A stretch of 64,000 nt of DNA from positions 12,998 to 76,997 of the forward strand of contig CALXBQ010000046.1 in NCBI GenBank assembly GCA_944386595.1, given 5' to 3'. Shown here one piece after another: positions 43,504-54,112 of the stretch. The translations under genes and the position numbers were made by a program. The first letter of the stretch is position 1, and the number at the start of each line of letters is the position of its first letter. The DNA comes from an uncultured Clostridia bacterium (GTDB lineage: Bacteria; Bacillota; Clostridia; Peptostreptococcales; Anaerovoracaceae). The notes beneath the pieces were generated by a model. The model did no database searches and had not been told where the DNA came from. It saw nothing but the letters and a program-made list of their open reading frames with translations.

Positions 43504-44940
43504 ATGATTAAAACGAAAAACCTGACTATGCTTACGGATTTCTACGAAATCACCATGGCAAACGGATACTTTCAGTCAGGTAAGGTGGACGAGATCGCTT
43601 ATTTTGACATGTTCTTCAGAACAGTGCCCGACGGCGGAGGCTACGCCATCATGGCCGGAATAAGCCAGCTCATCGACTACCTTGATAATCTCACCTTTAC
43701 GGACGAAGACATCGAGTATTTAAGGGAGAAGAACCTCTTCTGCGATGACTTTCTGGAATACCTGAGAAACTTCAGGTTCACCTGCGACGTTTGGGCCGTT
43801 CCGGAAGGAACACCTATATTCCCTCACGAGCCTATAGTCACGGTAAGAGGCCCCGTTATCCAGGCTCAGTTCGTGGAGACCATGATTCTTCTCACCGTCA
43901 ACCACCAGTGCCTCATAGCCACCAAGGCCAACAGAATCGTAAGAGCGGCCAAGGGCCGTCCTGTCATGGAGTTCGGTACAAGAAGAGCTCACGGAACCGC
44001 AGCCGCAGTATACGGAGCCAGAGCGGCCTACATCGCAGGCTGCGCGGGAACGGCGTGTACCATCGCGGACAGGGATTACGGCATCGCGGCTCTCGGAACC
44101 ATGGCCCACAGCTGGGTTCAGATGTTCCCAAGCGAATACGAGGCCTTCAAGAAGTACGCTGAGATCTACCCTGACAACTGCGTACTCCTCGTCGACACCT
44201 ACAACGTGCTGAAGTCGGGGGTTCCGGCCGCCATCAAAATCTTCAAAGAAATGAAGCCTGCCCGAATGGGCATAAGAATAGACAGCGGCGACATCACCTA
44301 TCTGACGAAGAAAGCCAGAAAGATGCTGGACGACGCCGGTCTTAAGGACTGCACCATCACCGTCTCCAACTCGCTGGACGAGTACATCATCAGAGACGTA
44401 ATACTGGAAGGCGCCGAGATAGATAACTTCGGCGTAGGCGAAAGGCTCATTACGGCAAAATCGGAGCCCGTGTTCGGCGGAGTGTACAAGCTTGCCGCCC
44501 TTGAAAAGGACGGAGAGATTATACCTAAGATAAAGATTTCCGAAAACGTGGGCAAGATTACCAACCCGGGCTTTAAGACTCTCTACAGGCTTTACGACAA
44601 AGACAGCCACAAGGCGCTTGCGGACGTTATGACCCTGGACGGCGAAACCATCCCCGAGGTGGACGGATATGAAATCTTCGATCCGGACGCCGTATGGAAG
44701 AGGAAGAAGCTCTACAACTTCTACGCAAAGAACCTGAGAGTTCAGCTCTTCGATCACGGAAAACTGGTCTACGACGAGCCCGATATCGAGGACGTAAAGA
44801 CTTACTGCAGAGAGCAGATAGACACTCTCTGGGATGAAACCCTGAGATTTGAAAACCCGCAGACCTACTACGTGGATCTTTCCCAGAAGCTGTGGGACGT
44901 TAAGGATAAGCTCATAAAGGAGCATACGGAGGAAAAATAA
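43504..44940 (+). CDS. pncB: nicotinate phosphoribosyltransferase
   Basis: LTMLTDFYEITMANGYF..., FGTRRAHG, GTMAHSWVQ, RIDSGD. Confidence 0.9.
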   Translation: MIKTKNLTMLTDFYEITMANGYFQSGKVDEIAYFDMFFRTVPDGGGYAIMAGISQLIDYLDNLTFTDEDIEYLREKNLFCDDFLEYLRNFRFTCDVWAVPEGTPIFPHEPIVTVRGPVIQAQFVETMILLTVNHQCLIATKANRIVRAAKGRPVMEFGTRRAHGTAAAVYGARAAYIAGCAGTACTIADRDYGIAALGTMAHSWVQMFPSEYEAFKKYAEIYPDNCVLLVDTYNVLKSGVPAAIKIFKEMKPARMGIRIDSGDITYLTKKARKMLDDAGLKDCTITVSNSLDEYIIRDVILEGAEIDNFGVGERLITAKSEPVFGGVYKLAALEKDGEIIPKIKISENVGKITNPGFKTLYRLYDKDSHKALADVMTLDGETIPEVDGYEIFDPDAVWKRKKLYNFYAKNLRVQLFDHGKLVYDEPDIEDVKTYCREQIDTLWDETLRFENPQTYYVDLSQKLWDVKDKLIKEHTEEK

Positions 44941-45629
44941 TGAACAATTACATGGATACCGCCGGAAACTATTCCGGCATCGGAACCAATAAGCTTTTAG
45001 GAAAGAGCTTCATATGGATGTTTATAGGAATGATCGTCTCGGGAGGCGCGGCGTGGTTCACGTATTCGTCGGGCCTGTGGATGCGGGTGTTTACATCGGG
45101 AATGTTTACGGGACTTCTTCTTACGGAGCTTGCAGCCGTGGTCATCTTCTCATTCCTCTTCAGAAGGCTGCCCGCTTTCATGGTGACCTTCCTTTACCTG
45201 CTCTACGCCCTCATAAACGGCGTAACCCTTTCGTGCATATTCGTGGTTTACGAGCTCGGCTCCATAGTGATGCTGTTCGGCGTTGCCGCTCTTGCATTCG
45301 GAGCTCTCGGAATCATAGGCTATAACTCGAAGAAGGATATGACCGGCTGGGGAGTATATCTGTTCGTATTCCTCATCGCCGCCATCATCATCGAGGCGCT
45401 GAACATATTCCTCTTCAAAAGCGATTTCACCCAGCTTCTCATAAACGCCGGCGTGCTGACCCTTTTCTTTGCAATCACCATCTACGACGTGAACAAGCTG
45501 AAGAACACTCAGAACTACGGCTACTACGACGTGAGCAAGGCTCACATCTACTTCGCAATGCAGCTTTATCTGGACTTTATCAACATCTTCTTAAGGCTCC
45601 TCGCTCTCTTCGGAAAGCAGAAGAGCTAA
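44940..45629 (+). CDS. Bax inhibitor-1/YccA-family membrane protein
   Basis: 229 aa, 7 TM helices. The C-terminal AMQLYLDFINIFLRLLALFG motif is typical of the family. Confidence 0.8.
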   Translation: MNNYMDTAGNYSGIGTNKLLGKSFIWMFIGMIVSGGAAWFTYSSGLWMRVFTSGMFTGLLLTELAAVVIFSFLFRRLPAFMVTFLYLLYALINGVTLSCIFVVYELGSIVMLFGVAALAFGALGIIGYNSKKDMTGWGVYLFVFLIAAIIIEALNIFLFKSDFTQLLINAGVLTLFFAITIYDVNKLKNTQNYGYYDVSKAHIYFAMQLYLDFINIFLRLLALFGKQKS

Positions 45630-45657
45630 GCTGCGATTGTTTGGGATTTTACAAGGG

Positions 45658-45692
45658 GCTGCCCGGCAGATTTACGCCGGGCGGCGTTTTAT
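45658..45692 (+). terminator. rho-independent terminator
   Basis: GCUGCCCGGC-AGAUUUAC-GCCGGGCGGC followed by GUUUUAU. Confidence 0.7.
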
Positions 45693-45708
45693 GTTAAAGG
45701 GATAAAAA

Positions 45709-47040
45709 ATGAAACAGATGTCATTTTTTGAAAACAGCATGAGCCAGCCCCTGGCGGCCCGGGTGAGACCCCGCACCCTGGACGAATTCGTAGGTCAGAA
45801 GCACCTTCTAGGCGAGGGAAAAGTCCTGAGGAAACTCATAGAGGAAGACAACATTTCCTCCATGATATTCTGGGGGCCTCCGGGCGTGGGCAAGACTACC
45901 CTTGCACGGATCATAGCGGGCCAAACCCGCTCCGAGTTCGTGGATTTCTCCGCCGTTACCAGCGGCATAAAGGAAATACGCCAGGTCATGAAGCAGGCTG
46001 ATGAAAACGGCTTTACCGGCCGCAGGACCATAGTGTTCGTTGACGAGATTCACCGCTTCAACAAGGCACAGCAGGACGCCTTCCTTCCTTTCGTGGAAAA
46101 GGGCAGCATAATCCTCATAGGCGCGACTACGGAAAATCCGTCCTTTGAGGTCAACAGCGCTCTTCTGTCCAGGTGCAAGGTTTTCGTCCTTCAGGGGCTT
46201 ACTGTAGACGACCTGACGGAGCTTCTTTCAAGAGCGGTGAAAAATCCCTTAGGCTTCGGGGACCAGAAGGTGGAGATAGACGAGGACGCTTTAAGGCTCA
46301 TCGCAGAATTTGCAAACGGAGATGCAAGGACTGCTCTTTCCACCCTCGAGATGGCCGTCCTTAACGGCGAAGCCCTTGAAGGAGGCGGCACGGCCGTAAC
46401 GGAAGATGTGCTCAGGCAGTGCATCTCCACGAAATCCCTTCTCTACGACAAAAACGGCGAAGAGCACTACAACATAATCTCCGCCCTTCACAAGTCCATG
46501 AGAAACTCGGATCCCGACGCGGCCGTCTACTGGCTTGCCAGAATGCTTGAAGCGGGAGAGGACCCTCTCTACGTTGCCAGAAGGGTTGTCCGCTTTGCCA
46601 GCGAGGACGTGGGCCTTGCCGATTCCAGAGCTCTCGAGGTTGCCGTGGCGGCCTACCAGGCCTGTCACTTTATAGGCATGCCCGAGTGCTCCGTAAACCT
46701 TACTCATGCCGTGGTTTACATGTCTATGGCGCCTAAGTCAAACGCCATGGAGGTTGCGTATAACCGCGCAAAGGACGACGCGCTGAACACTTTGAGCGAG
46801 CCCGTTCCTCTCGTGATACGAAACGCCCCGACCCGCCTCATGAAAGACCTGAAGTACGGCGAGGGCTACGTGTACGCCCATAACACCAAGGAAAAGATGG
46901 CCGCCATGCAGTGCCTTCCCGATTCCCTTAAGGACAGAGTCTACTACGAACCGACGGAGCAGGGCCTTGAGGCCAGGTACAAGGAGCGCCTCGCTTCCAT
47001 CAAGGACTGGAAACGCCGTCATCAGAAACAGGAGAAATAG
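45709..47040 (+). CDS. rarA: replication-associated recombination protein A (AAA+ ATPase)
   Basis: [69 protein letters not shown]. Confidence 0.9.
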   Translation: MKQMSFFENSMSQPLAARVRPRTLDEFVGQKHLLGEGKVLRKLIEEDNISSMIFWGPPGVGKTTLARIIAGQTRSEFVDFSAVTSGIKEIRQVMKQADENGFTGRRTIVFVDEIHRFNKAQQDAFLPFVEKGSIILIGATTENPSFEVNSALLSRCKVFVLQGLTVDDLTELLSRAVKNPLGFGDQKVEIDEDALRLIAEFANGDARTALSTLEMAVLNGEALEGGGTAVTEDVLRQCISTKSLLYDKNGEEHYNIISALHKSMRNSDPDAAVYWLARMLEAGEDPLYVARRVVRFASEDVGLADSRALEVAVAAYQACHFIGMPECSVNLTHAVVYMSMAPKSNAMEVAYNRAKDDALNTLSEPVPLVIRNAPTRLMKDLKYGEGYVYAHNTKEKMAAMQCLPDSLKDRVYYEPTEQGLEARYKERLASIKDWKRRHQKQEK

Positions 47041-47046
47041 CTTTAA

Positions 47047-47274
47047 ATGAAACTGAGCCAGTGTGTACCCGGAAAAACCTACCGGGTTAAAAATATAGAC
47101 TTGCCCGAAGCTCTTGCGAAAAGGCTGGAGGTTTTGGGCATGATTGAAAACACTCCCATATCCGTCTACAACAGGAAGGGCAGGGGAATCCTCATCGTAT
47201 ACGTGAGAGGCACCCGTCTCGCCCTTGGGGTGAACATCACCGAAAACATCACCGTGGAAGGAGGCGATAACTGA
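47047..47274 (+). CDS. feoA: ferrous iron transport protein A
   Basis: A 75-aa SH3-like FeoA (LSQCVPGKTYRVKNI...RLEVLGM...) directly upstream of feoB. Confidence 0.85.
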   Translation: MKLSQCVPGKTYRVKNIDLPEALAKRLEVLGMIENTPISVYNRKGRGILIVYVRGTRLALGVNITENITVEGGDN

Positions 47275-49310
47275 TGTCCATGACAATAGGCTTTATCGGA
47301 AACCCTAACTGCGGAAAGACGACGCTGTTCAACGCCTACACCGGAGCCAACCTGAAAGTTGCCAACTGGCCGGGAGTTACCGTCGAAAGGACCGAAGGAA
47401 CCATTACGAGAAACGGCGAAGAGATACGCCTTGTGGATCTTCCCGGAACATACAGCCTCACCTCCTACACAATGGAGGAGCAGGTTGCCAGAAACTTCAT
47501 AATGAGCGAGGAGGCCGACGTAATAATCGACGTTGTGGACGCTTCCGTTCTTGAGAGAAATCTTTACCTTACCCTCCAGCTTTTGGAACTGGGAAAGCCG
47601 GTAGTCGTTGCCCTCAACATGATGGACATAGTAAAGAAGCGCGGCGCGGAAATAGACATGCACAGGCTTCCGGAAATGCTGGGCTGCCCTGTGATTCCCA
47701 TTTCCGCAAGGAAGAGAACGGGTCTTTCCATACTCATGCACGCCGCGGAGCACCACAAGGACGCGCAGGTTCACGACCCTCTCATTCACGAGCACGCCTA
47801 CGACTCCGGACACCGTCACGACCATCATGCCGAATTTGCCATGGTTTACAGCGACGAGATAGAGGATAAGATAGACGTCATTATGGACGCTCTTTCCGAA
47901 AAGTATCCGGATATCGAAAACCCGAGATGGCACGCCATAAAGCTTTTGGAACAGGACGGCGAGGTCTGTCGGAATTATCCCGTAGATCTTCCGGACGTCC
48001 TTGACAGAAGCTACGAGTCGGACATTATAAATCAGAAATACGACTTCATTCAGGAAATCATCGACGAGGTTCTCGTCAAAAGCGAAAAGGCCGAGGCTCT
48101 CACCGAGAAAATCGACGGACTCCTCACCAGCAGAATCTGGGGCGTTCCGTGTTTCCTCGCCATCATGGCCGTGGTATTCATTCTGACCTTTGCCTTCGGC
48201 GACTGGATCAAAGGCTTCATGGAGGTGGGGATCGACTCCCTTTCGTCGGGCCTTTCCGAAGGCCTTGAAGCCCTGGGCGCAAGTCCCGTTATAATATCCC
48301 TCATAGTAGACGGCATCGTTGCGGGCGTGGGAGGAATTCTCACGTTCCTGCCTAACATATTCATACTGTTTCTCGCTCTGGCCCTCCTTGAAGACAGCGG
48401 CTATATGTCCAGAGTCGCCTACGTCATGGAAGGCATCATGAGCAGACTGGGCGTAAGCGGCAGAGCTTTCATTCCGATGATTTTAGGCTTCGGCTGCACC
48501 GTGCCGGCCATCATGGCGAGCCGTACCCTTGAAAACGTGAGGGACAGACAGAAAATTATGCTGGTGACTCCGTTTATGAGCTGCAGCGCCCGTCTTCCCA
48601 TTTACATACTGTTTTCGGGCATGTTCTTTCCGGACAGCCCCGCTCTCATAGCCTTCTGCCTCTACGTGGGAGGACTGCTGACGGCCATCATCGTACTTGC
48701 GGTCTTTCACGCCGTGGATAAGAGAAGAGATCCGGGCAGGCTTTTGATCGAGCTTCCCGACTACAAGCTTCCGGGGGCGCGGACGGTGGGAATATACGTC
48801 TGGGAAAAGGTTAAGGACTACCTGACAAAGGCAGGAACCACCATATTCATAGCCTCCATAATCCTCTGGGCTCTCATGAGCTTCGGAAGCGGCGGCTACA
48901 CGTCCGATATGACGGAAAGCTTTGCCGCGGTTATAGGAAAGGCTCTGGTGCCGTTCTTTGCGCCTGTCGGCCTCGGAATCTGGCAGATAGCGGTTGCCCT
49001 TATCGCAGGTATCTCCGCAAAGGAAGTAGTGGTATCGAGCTGCGCCGTTCTGTTCGGCATCGGCAACATAAACTCCGCAGACGGCATGAGCGAAATGGCC
49101 GGTATTCTGGCCTCCTTAGGCTTCGGTCAGCTTAACGCCCTGTGCCTCATGGTGTTCTGCCTCCTCTACATACCTTGCGCCGCCACCCTTGCCACCATCA
49201 GGAAAGAGGCCGGCAGCACGAAGTGGATGTTCATAGCGGCCGGCTTTCAGCTTGCCGTGGCATGGGCCGTCACCTTCATCGTGTACAGAATCGGACTTCT
49301 TATCGTATAG
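47274..49310 (+). CDS. feoB: ferrous iron transporter B
   Basis: G-domain GNPNCGKTTLFN, DLPGTYSL and NMMD, followed by a polytopic membrane domain. Confidence 0.9.
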   Translation: MSMTIGFIGNPNCGKTTLFNAYTGANLKVANWPGVTVERTEGTITRNGEEIRLVDLPGTYSLTSYTMEEQVARNFIMSEEADVIIDVVDASVLERNLYLTLQLLELGKPVVVALNMMDIVKKRGAEIDMHRLPEMLGCPVIPISARKRTGLSILMHAAEHHKDAQVHDPLIHEHAYDSGHRHDHHAEFAMVYSDEIEDKIDVIMDALSEKYPDIENPRWHAIKLLEQDGEVCRNYPVDLPDVLDRSYESDIINQKYDFIQEIIDEVLVKSEKAEALTEKIDGLLTSRIWGVPCFLAIMAVVFILTFAFGDWIKGFMEVGIDSLSSGLSEGLEALGASPVIISLIVDGIVAGVGGILTFLPNIFILFLALALLEDSGYMSRVAYVMEGIMSRLGVSGRAFIPMILGFGCTVPAIMASRTLENVRDRQKIMLVTPFMSCSARLPIYILFSGMFFPDSPALIAFCLYVGGLLTAIIVLAVFHAVDKRRDPGRLLIELPDYKLPGARTVGIYVWEKVKDYLTKAGTTIFIASIILWALMSFGSGGYTSDMTESFAAVIGKALVPFFAPVGLGIWQIAVALIAGISAKEVVVSSCAVLFGIGNINSADGMSEMAGILASLGFGQLNALCLMVFCLLYIPCAATLATIRKEAGSTKWMFIAAGFQLAVAWAVTFIVYRIGLLIV

Positions 49311-49319
49311 GAGAATTCA

Positions 49320-50264
49320 ATGCTCGTAGTAATCGAAAAGGTTTTAGTCATATTTCTAATGATATTGGTAGGCTTTGTGGCAAACAAGGCCCGGGTGCTA
49401 CCGGACAGCGCGTCGGGCCCTCTTTCCAACCTGATGCTCTACGTTACGGCGCCCTGTATGGCCATGTGCTCCATATACGACAAAGAGCTTTCGCCGGAGA
49501 TAATCTCCTCCACGGTGCAGGTTCTCGCAGGCTCCGCCGTATACTTTGCGGCGGCAACCTTTATCGGCCTCGGTGTGGTGCGGATTTTCAAATTCAGCCC
49601 TAAGGAGGACTTCGGCATATACGTCGCCGCAACCGCCTGCGTCAACAGCGGATTCATGGGCTTTCCCGTCACCATGGCCATATTCGGAAGCGACATCTTC
49701 TATCTCATGGTCATGCAGAACATCATACTCAACGTCTACATGTACGGGGCCGTGCCTCCCGTTCTGGAGCTGGGACACAGGGAAAAGCCCGATGTAAAGG
49801 CGACCCTTAAATCCATGTGCAACATCTCCATGCTTGCGGTAATCGCGGGAATCGTAATGCTCCTTACGGGAGTTCAGCCTCCCGCCATGCTGGACGAGGT
49901 CATAGTCACCTTAAGCGACGTGACCGTTCCCCTTTCCATGATAATAGTGGGAATCCGTCTCGGCTCCGCCGACATAGGAAAGATGTTCTCTGACAGGCAG
50001 ATGGTGATAACCAACTTCGTTTCAATGCTGGTAATCCCTCTGCTGGTCTTTGCGGTAACTGCGCCTCTTGATTTTCTCCACGACGACGCGAAGATTACCC
50101 TGGTATTTGCCGCAACCTTCCCAAGCGCCATGGTGCCCGTCGCTCTTGCCGAACAAAAAAAGAAAAACAGCCAGTTAATGGCTGAAATCGTTTCTCTCAC
50201 CACCTTCACCTCGCTTATCACCATACCCCTTATGGCGATGCTTCTGATGTGGTGGTACTATTAA
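49320..50264 (+). CDS. AEC-family (auxin efflux carrier-like) transporter
   Basis: 314 aa, about 10 TM helices, two-lobed topology. Confidence 0.7.
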   Translation: MLVVIEKVLVIFLMILVGFVANKARVLPDSASGPLSNLMLYVTAPCMAMCSIYDKELSPEIISSTVQVLAGSAVYFAAATFIGLGVVRIFKFSPKEDFGIYVAATACVNSGFMGFPVTMAIFGSDIFYLMVMQNIILNVYMYGAVPPVLELGHREKPDVKATLKSMCNISMLAVIAGIVMLLTGVQPPAMLDEVIVTLSDVTVPLSMIIVGIRLGSADIGKMFSDRQMVITNFVSMLVIPLLVFAVTAPLDFLHDDAKITLVFAATFPSAMVPVALAEQKKKNSQLMAEIVSLTTFTSLITIPLMAMLLMWWYY

Positions 50265-50500
50265 AGATTTTCACCGCAGGCTGCGGCAGCTTCAAGAAGC
50301 TCCCTGCGTTCGTCCTCCGAAAGGAGCATGCCTTCGCACATCTTCATCAGAGCTTCTTCCGTCGGTATGAATCCGTCCTCCGTGCAGAGCCTGGTAAAAT
50401 CGTTCTTTGATATTCCGCTTCGGGAAAAGGTTATCTCTCCCGAAGCTATTTTTCTGTCGTAAATTCTGAAGAACACCTGCTTAAAGGTCGTCATGGTCAT
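50261..50500 (-). CDS. hypothetical small protein (79 aa)
   Basis: Soluble and helical (…ISKNDFTRLCTEDGFIPTEEALMKMCEGMLLSEDERRELLEAA). Family not recognised. Confidence 0.45.
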   Translation of the reverse strand: MTMTTFKQVFFRIYDRKIASGEITFSRSGISKNDFTRLCTEDGFIPTEEALMKMCEGMLLSEDERRELLEAAAACGENL

Positions 50501-51221
50501 CTTTTTCCTCCTCTGCAGCCTTTGGCGCGTACTCCATGAGCATATGGAAAACCGCCGCTACGGCAGCTCCCAGAAGCGGCGCGGCAACGAAAACCCACAG
50601 CTGGCTGAGGGGATTGCCGTTAGTCTGCCAGATGGCGGCCCCCATGGACTTTGCAGGATTTGACGAGCCTCCTGTGAAAGGAATCTCCACCATATATACG
50701 GCCGCAAAGGTAAGACCGTATATGATTCCCGCCGGATTTTTCATATCATCTTTTCCCGATACGTTAAGATAGACTGTCACAAGAGCGAAGGTCATCACCA
50801 CGTCGACGATTACGGCCTGCCACATTTCAAGGCCGAAGGTGCTCATATTTTCGTAGCCGCTGGAAAAGAGAGTCTCCCTCGTTCCCATGATTGCCGCAAC
50901 CAGTCCCGCTCCGGCTATGCCTCCTCCGATCTGGGCCACTGCGTATACGGCAAAGTCCACAGGACTCAGCTTTCCCGACAGCATAAGGCCGAAGGAAACG
51001 GCAGGGTTCAGGTTTGCCCCGGAAATGTGTCCGAAGCAGTAGTACATGGCCGTAATTCCGAGGCCGAAGGCCAGCGCCGTAACGGTGACGCTGAATCCCA
51101 TAGGCACTCCCACGCTGTTTGCCGACAGCATGGTGTTTACCGATATGGCTACGGCAATTCCCGTAAAAATCATTATCGCGGTTCCGACAAACTCCGCCGC
51201 GAATTTTTTAACTGTGTTCAA
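50481..51221 (-). CDS. MIP-family aquaporin/glycerol facilitator
   Basis: Two NPA boxes (NLNPAVSFG, SSNPAKSMG). Likely TTG start at 51221, 8 nt after GGAGG. The track start at 51236 is also TTG and includes the SD itself. Confidence 0.85.
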   Translation of the reverse strand: MNTVKKFAAEFVGTAIMIFTGIAVAISVNTMLSANSVGVPMGFSVTVTALAFGLGITAMYYCFGHISGANLNPAVSFGLMLSGKLSPVDFAVYAVAQIGGGIAGAGLVAAIMGTRETLFSSGYENMSTFGLEMWQAVIVDVVMTFALVTVYLNVSGKDDMKNPAGIIYGLTFAAVYMVEIPFTGGSSNPAKSMGAAIWQTNGNPLSQLWVFVAAPLLGAAVAAVFHMLMEYAPKAAEEEKDDHDDL

Positions 51222-51915
51222 TGTCTTTTCCTCCAATAATATCTCTTATTATCTCTCCGGCCATCATAAGCCCCGCTGCCGGCGGCACGAAGCTGATGCT
51301 GGCGGGAGTCCTGCTTCCCGTCTTTGCGGGCGGCTCCTTTGAGAAAAGGACCTTTACGCCCTCCTCAATCCCCACTTCCCTTAAACGCTTTCTTACGGCC
51401 TTTGCCAGGGGACAGACGCTGGTGCGGCTTATATCGTCTATTACGAATCCGTCGCCGTGAAGCTTGTTTCCCGTTCCCATGGACGAGATTACGGGAACTC
51501 CGCCGTCGATGCAGGCCTTTATCAGGTGAACTTTAGACGAAACGCTGTCTATAGCGTCGGCCACGTAATCGTATCCGGTGACGTCGGGCTGAACCCCTTC
51601 CCCGTCAGGGTAGAATACGGGATATTTCCTCACGATGCAGTCCGGATTTATGCGTCCGATTCTCTCCTCCATGACGTCCGTCTTGAGGCGGCCCAGGGTA
51701 GTGTAATCGGCTATTATCTGCCTGTTTATGTTGCTTTCCGCCACTCTGTCGGAGTCCACGATTCCTATGGTTCCCACTCCGGCCCGGGCGAGGGCTTCGG
51801 CTATGTAGCCCCCTACTCCGCCGATACCGGCGATGAGCACTTTGGCGTTCTTCAGCTTTTCAAGGGCGTCCCCGCCTATGAGGGCGGCCGTTCTTGCGTC
51901 TCTTTCCAAAATCAT
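51208..51915 (-). CDS. tcdA: tRNA threonylcarbamoyladenosine dehydratase (ThiF/MoeB-like)
   Basis: VLIAGIGGVGGYIAEALARAGVGTIGIVDSDRVAESNINRQI. Confidence 0.8.
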   Translation of the reverse strand: MILERDARTAALIGGDALEKLKNAKVLIAGIGGVGGYIAEALARAGVGTIGIVDSDRVAESNINRQIIADYTTLGRLKTDVMEERIGRINPDCIVRKYPVFYPDGEGVQPDVTGYDYVADAIDSVSSKVHLIKACIDGGVPVISSMGTGNKLHGDGFVIDDISRTSVCPLAKAVRKRLREVGIEEGVKVLFSKEPPAKTGSRTPASISFVPPAAGLMMAGEIIRDIIGGKDIEHS

Positions 51916-51921
51916 ATGGTC

Positions 51922-52404
51922 TTAATTCTCTTCCTCAAGATACCTTTCAACGCGCCGGAGAGTCTCGTAGAAGATACTGGGCGAATATCCGTAGGAGGCA
52001 AGTCTCCTGCCTATGCGGCCTTTGACCTTCTCCGTAAACTCCTCCCGCGAAAGGATATCCGAACTTCTGACGATTGAAAGGGCTGCGGCAAACGCCCTGT
52101 CCGCCTCGGAAATTCCGCCCTCTCTTACGTACTCCGTTAAAGCGTCCCTGCCCGTTTCGGGGCTTACTCCCCGCTTTTCAAGCTCGGCGGCGATTCTCCT
52201 GTCCGACCAGCCTTTGCCCGCGCCGTAGGCGGCAAAATCCGCCGAATACCGGCGGTCGTCCAGATATCCGTAATCTGTGAAATCGTTTATTACGGCTTCT
52301 ATTTCCCCGGGTTCAAAGCCCTTATCCTTAAGGTGCTTTCTAACCTCAGAAACCGTCCTGCTCCTTGAGGCAACGTATTTTGCCCCCGCGTCGTATGCGT
52401 TCAT
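51922..52404 (-). CDS. recX: recombination regulator RecX
   Basis: SRSRTVSEVRKHLKDKGF...INDFTDYGYLDDRRYS shows the three-helix repeat pattern of RecX. Confidence 0.8.
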   Translation of the reverse strand: MNAYDAGAKYVASRSRTVSEVRKHLKDKGFEPGEIEAVINDFTDYGYLDDRRYSADFAAYGAGKGWSDRRIAAELEKRGVSPETGRDALTEYVREGGISEADRAFAAALSIVRSSDILSREEFTEKVKGRIGRRLASYGYSPSIFYETLRRVERYLEEEN

Positions 52405-52407
52405 GAC

Positions 52408-53250
52408 TTAAAACTCGTACTTTCTACCGGCCGTAGCTGCGGAGCATCTGTCCTTAAGCCGGTTTTTCAGCATGCATATGGCGTCGATTCCCGTGCAGTG
52501 AACGGGAATCACCAGGTCGGGATTAAGCCCTGCGATTTTCTCTACCGCCCTTTCCCTTTCCTCGTCGCTTACACAGTAAAGGTGCATTCCGGCTATGACT
52601 GCGGCGATGCGTTCCCCGGGAAAAAGCTCTCCCGCATACTCTATGGCGGGAATTATGCCCTTGTGGCTGCATCCCGAAAAAAGAAACACGCCTTTTTCCG
52701 TTCTGGCGGCCAGAAACTGCTCGTGGCTTAAGGAATCCTCCCTGTATACCGCTTTTCCCTCTGCGTCCGTTTCCTTAACGTAAAACTTCTCCGGCGGCTC
52801 GCAGCCCGATATATCGGGTATGGTTCCCGATATCACTATGTTATCCGTAAGCCACAATGGTCCGTCGGTCAGAACGAGTCTGGGCTTCACCTGCGCCTGC
52901 TCTTCCCCGTCCCACATTATTCCGCATGGCTTACTGTCTATCTTTCCCCCGTGACTTCCGTAAAAGTCGCCGAAGGCGTCTTTGTGAATGTATACGGGAG
53001 CTTTTTCGTTTATTTCCGTAAAGAGGGGAACTCCTCCCGTGTGGTCGTAGTGACCGTGGCTTATGACGCAGCAGTCCGCGTCCGCAAGCCGGACTCTCTT
53101 TCTCACCGCATTTTCGGCGTACATGTCGCTGGCGCCTGCGTCGAAGAGAATCTTCATCTCCTCCGTCTCTATGAATACGGAAAGACCGTGTTCCGCCGTA
53201 CATGGCGGCGCGTCGGTCTTGTTCTCCACAAGAAATCTGAACCTGATCAT
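52408..53250 (-). CDS. MBL-fold metallo-hydrolase
   Basis: HGLSVFIE...ISHGHYDHTGG motif. ATG 53250 overlaps the upstream stop (ATGA). The 379-aa track ORF extension is rejected. Confidence 0.8.
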   Translation of the reverse strand: MIRFRFLVENKTDAPPCTAEHGLSVFIETEEMKILFDAGASDMYAENAVRKRVRLADADCCVISHGHYDHTGGVPLFTEINEKAPVYIHKDAFGDFYGSHGGKIDSKPCGIMWDGEEQAQVKPRLVLTDGPLWLTDNIVISGTIPDISGCEPPEKFYVKETDAEGKAVYREDSLSHEQFLAARTEKGVFLFSGCSHKGIIPAIEYAGELFPGERIAAVIAGMHLYCVSDEERERAVEKIAGLNPDLVIPVHCTGIDAICMLKNRLKDRCSAATAGRKYEF

Positions 53251-53807
53251 ATGAGCAGTCTCACCTCCGGCTCCTCGTCCCTTTCTGAGCAAAATGCGCA
53301 CTTTATATCGTCGGCAATATATATTTCCCGCATGAAGAGCCTCTTCCCGTCGGCCTCGACTGTTTCCGCCGGGTCGATGTTTTCGTCCACGGTCTGAGGC
53401 ATGTGGCTGAAAAAGCCCTTTCCCGTGTACTTTGCCAGGGCTTCCTTTCTGACCCACACCTGGAAAAAGCCTTCCTCGCCGAAAAGCTCCGCATACCTTA
53501 TCTCCCTGTCTGTGAAGTTTCTCTCGGCAATCTTCTCCCAGCTGCATTTTCTCATCTTCTGCACGTCAAGACCGCAGGGCGTATCTGCGAACATGCACAT
53601 CCACATGGATTCGGAGTGGGACAGGGAAAAATACATGGGAAAATCCAGAAAATACGGCTTTCCCTTTTCCTCCCTCAAAATCTGCAGGTCTTCGGGAATC
53701 TCTATACCGTTCTCCTCCCCGAAGAGCTCTGCCGCCCTTTTTATCATGGGAAATCCGGCGTCTCCCGTGGAGAAGTCGCCTTCGTAGATATATATGAGGG
53801 GTTTCAT
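53247..53807 (-). CDS. 4'-phosphopantetheinyl transferase (Sfp type)
   Basis: FSLSHSESMWMCMFA...GLDVQ and WVRKEALAKYTGKG motifs. Confidence 0.8.
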   Translation of the reverse strand: MKPLIYIYEGDFSTGDAGFPMIKRAAELFGEENGIEIPEDLQILREEKGKPYFLDFPMYFSLSHSESMWMCMFADTPCGLDVQKMRKCSWEKIAERNFTDREIRYAELFGEEGFFQVWVRKEALAKYTGKGFFSHMPQTVDENIDPAETVEADGKRLFMREIYIADDIKCAFCSERDEEPEVRLLI

Positions 53808-53808
53808 T

Positions 53809-54111
53809 CTACTTTTCCTCTTCGGACAGCCTGTCCAGGACTCTTCTGTATCCGTCGGCTCCGTAGACTAGGCATTTGTTGATTCTGCTTATGGTCGCCG
53901 TTGAAGCCTTTGTCTCCTCCTCTATTTCCGTGTACGTCTTCTTCTGCGAAAGGAGCTTGGCCACCTGAAGCCTCTGGGCTATGGCGTGAATTTCATTCAC
54001 CGTGCATATGTCCTCAAAAAACCTGTAGCAGTCCTCTCTGTCCTTTAGCGTGAGAATGCCGTCGAACAGTTCGTCAATATCCTCTCTCTGAAATTTGGAT
54101 TCGTATGACAT
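53809..54111 (-). CDS. YerC/YecD-family TrpR-like protein
   Basis: LKDREDCYRFFEDICTVNEIHAIAQRLQVAKLL...TYTEIEEETKASTATISRINKCL. Confidence 0.8.
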   Translation of the reverse strand: MSYESKFQREDIDELFDGILTLKDREDCYRFFEDICTVNEIHAIAQRLQVAKLLSQKKTYTEIEEETKASTATISRINKCLVYGADGYRRVLDRLSEEEK

Positions 54112-54112
54112 C

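Noticed and set aside
43720-44925. 401-aa minus-strand ORF opposite pncB. Similar large shadow ORFs: 34252..35115, 35161..35748, 41487..42188, 47166..47933, 59063..59779, 61530..62240, 62359..63267, 29044..29679 and 314..856.
   Set aside because: Each lies entirely inside a well-supported gene on the other strand that has clear family motifs. In GC-rich coding regions, long antisense open frames arise by chance.
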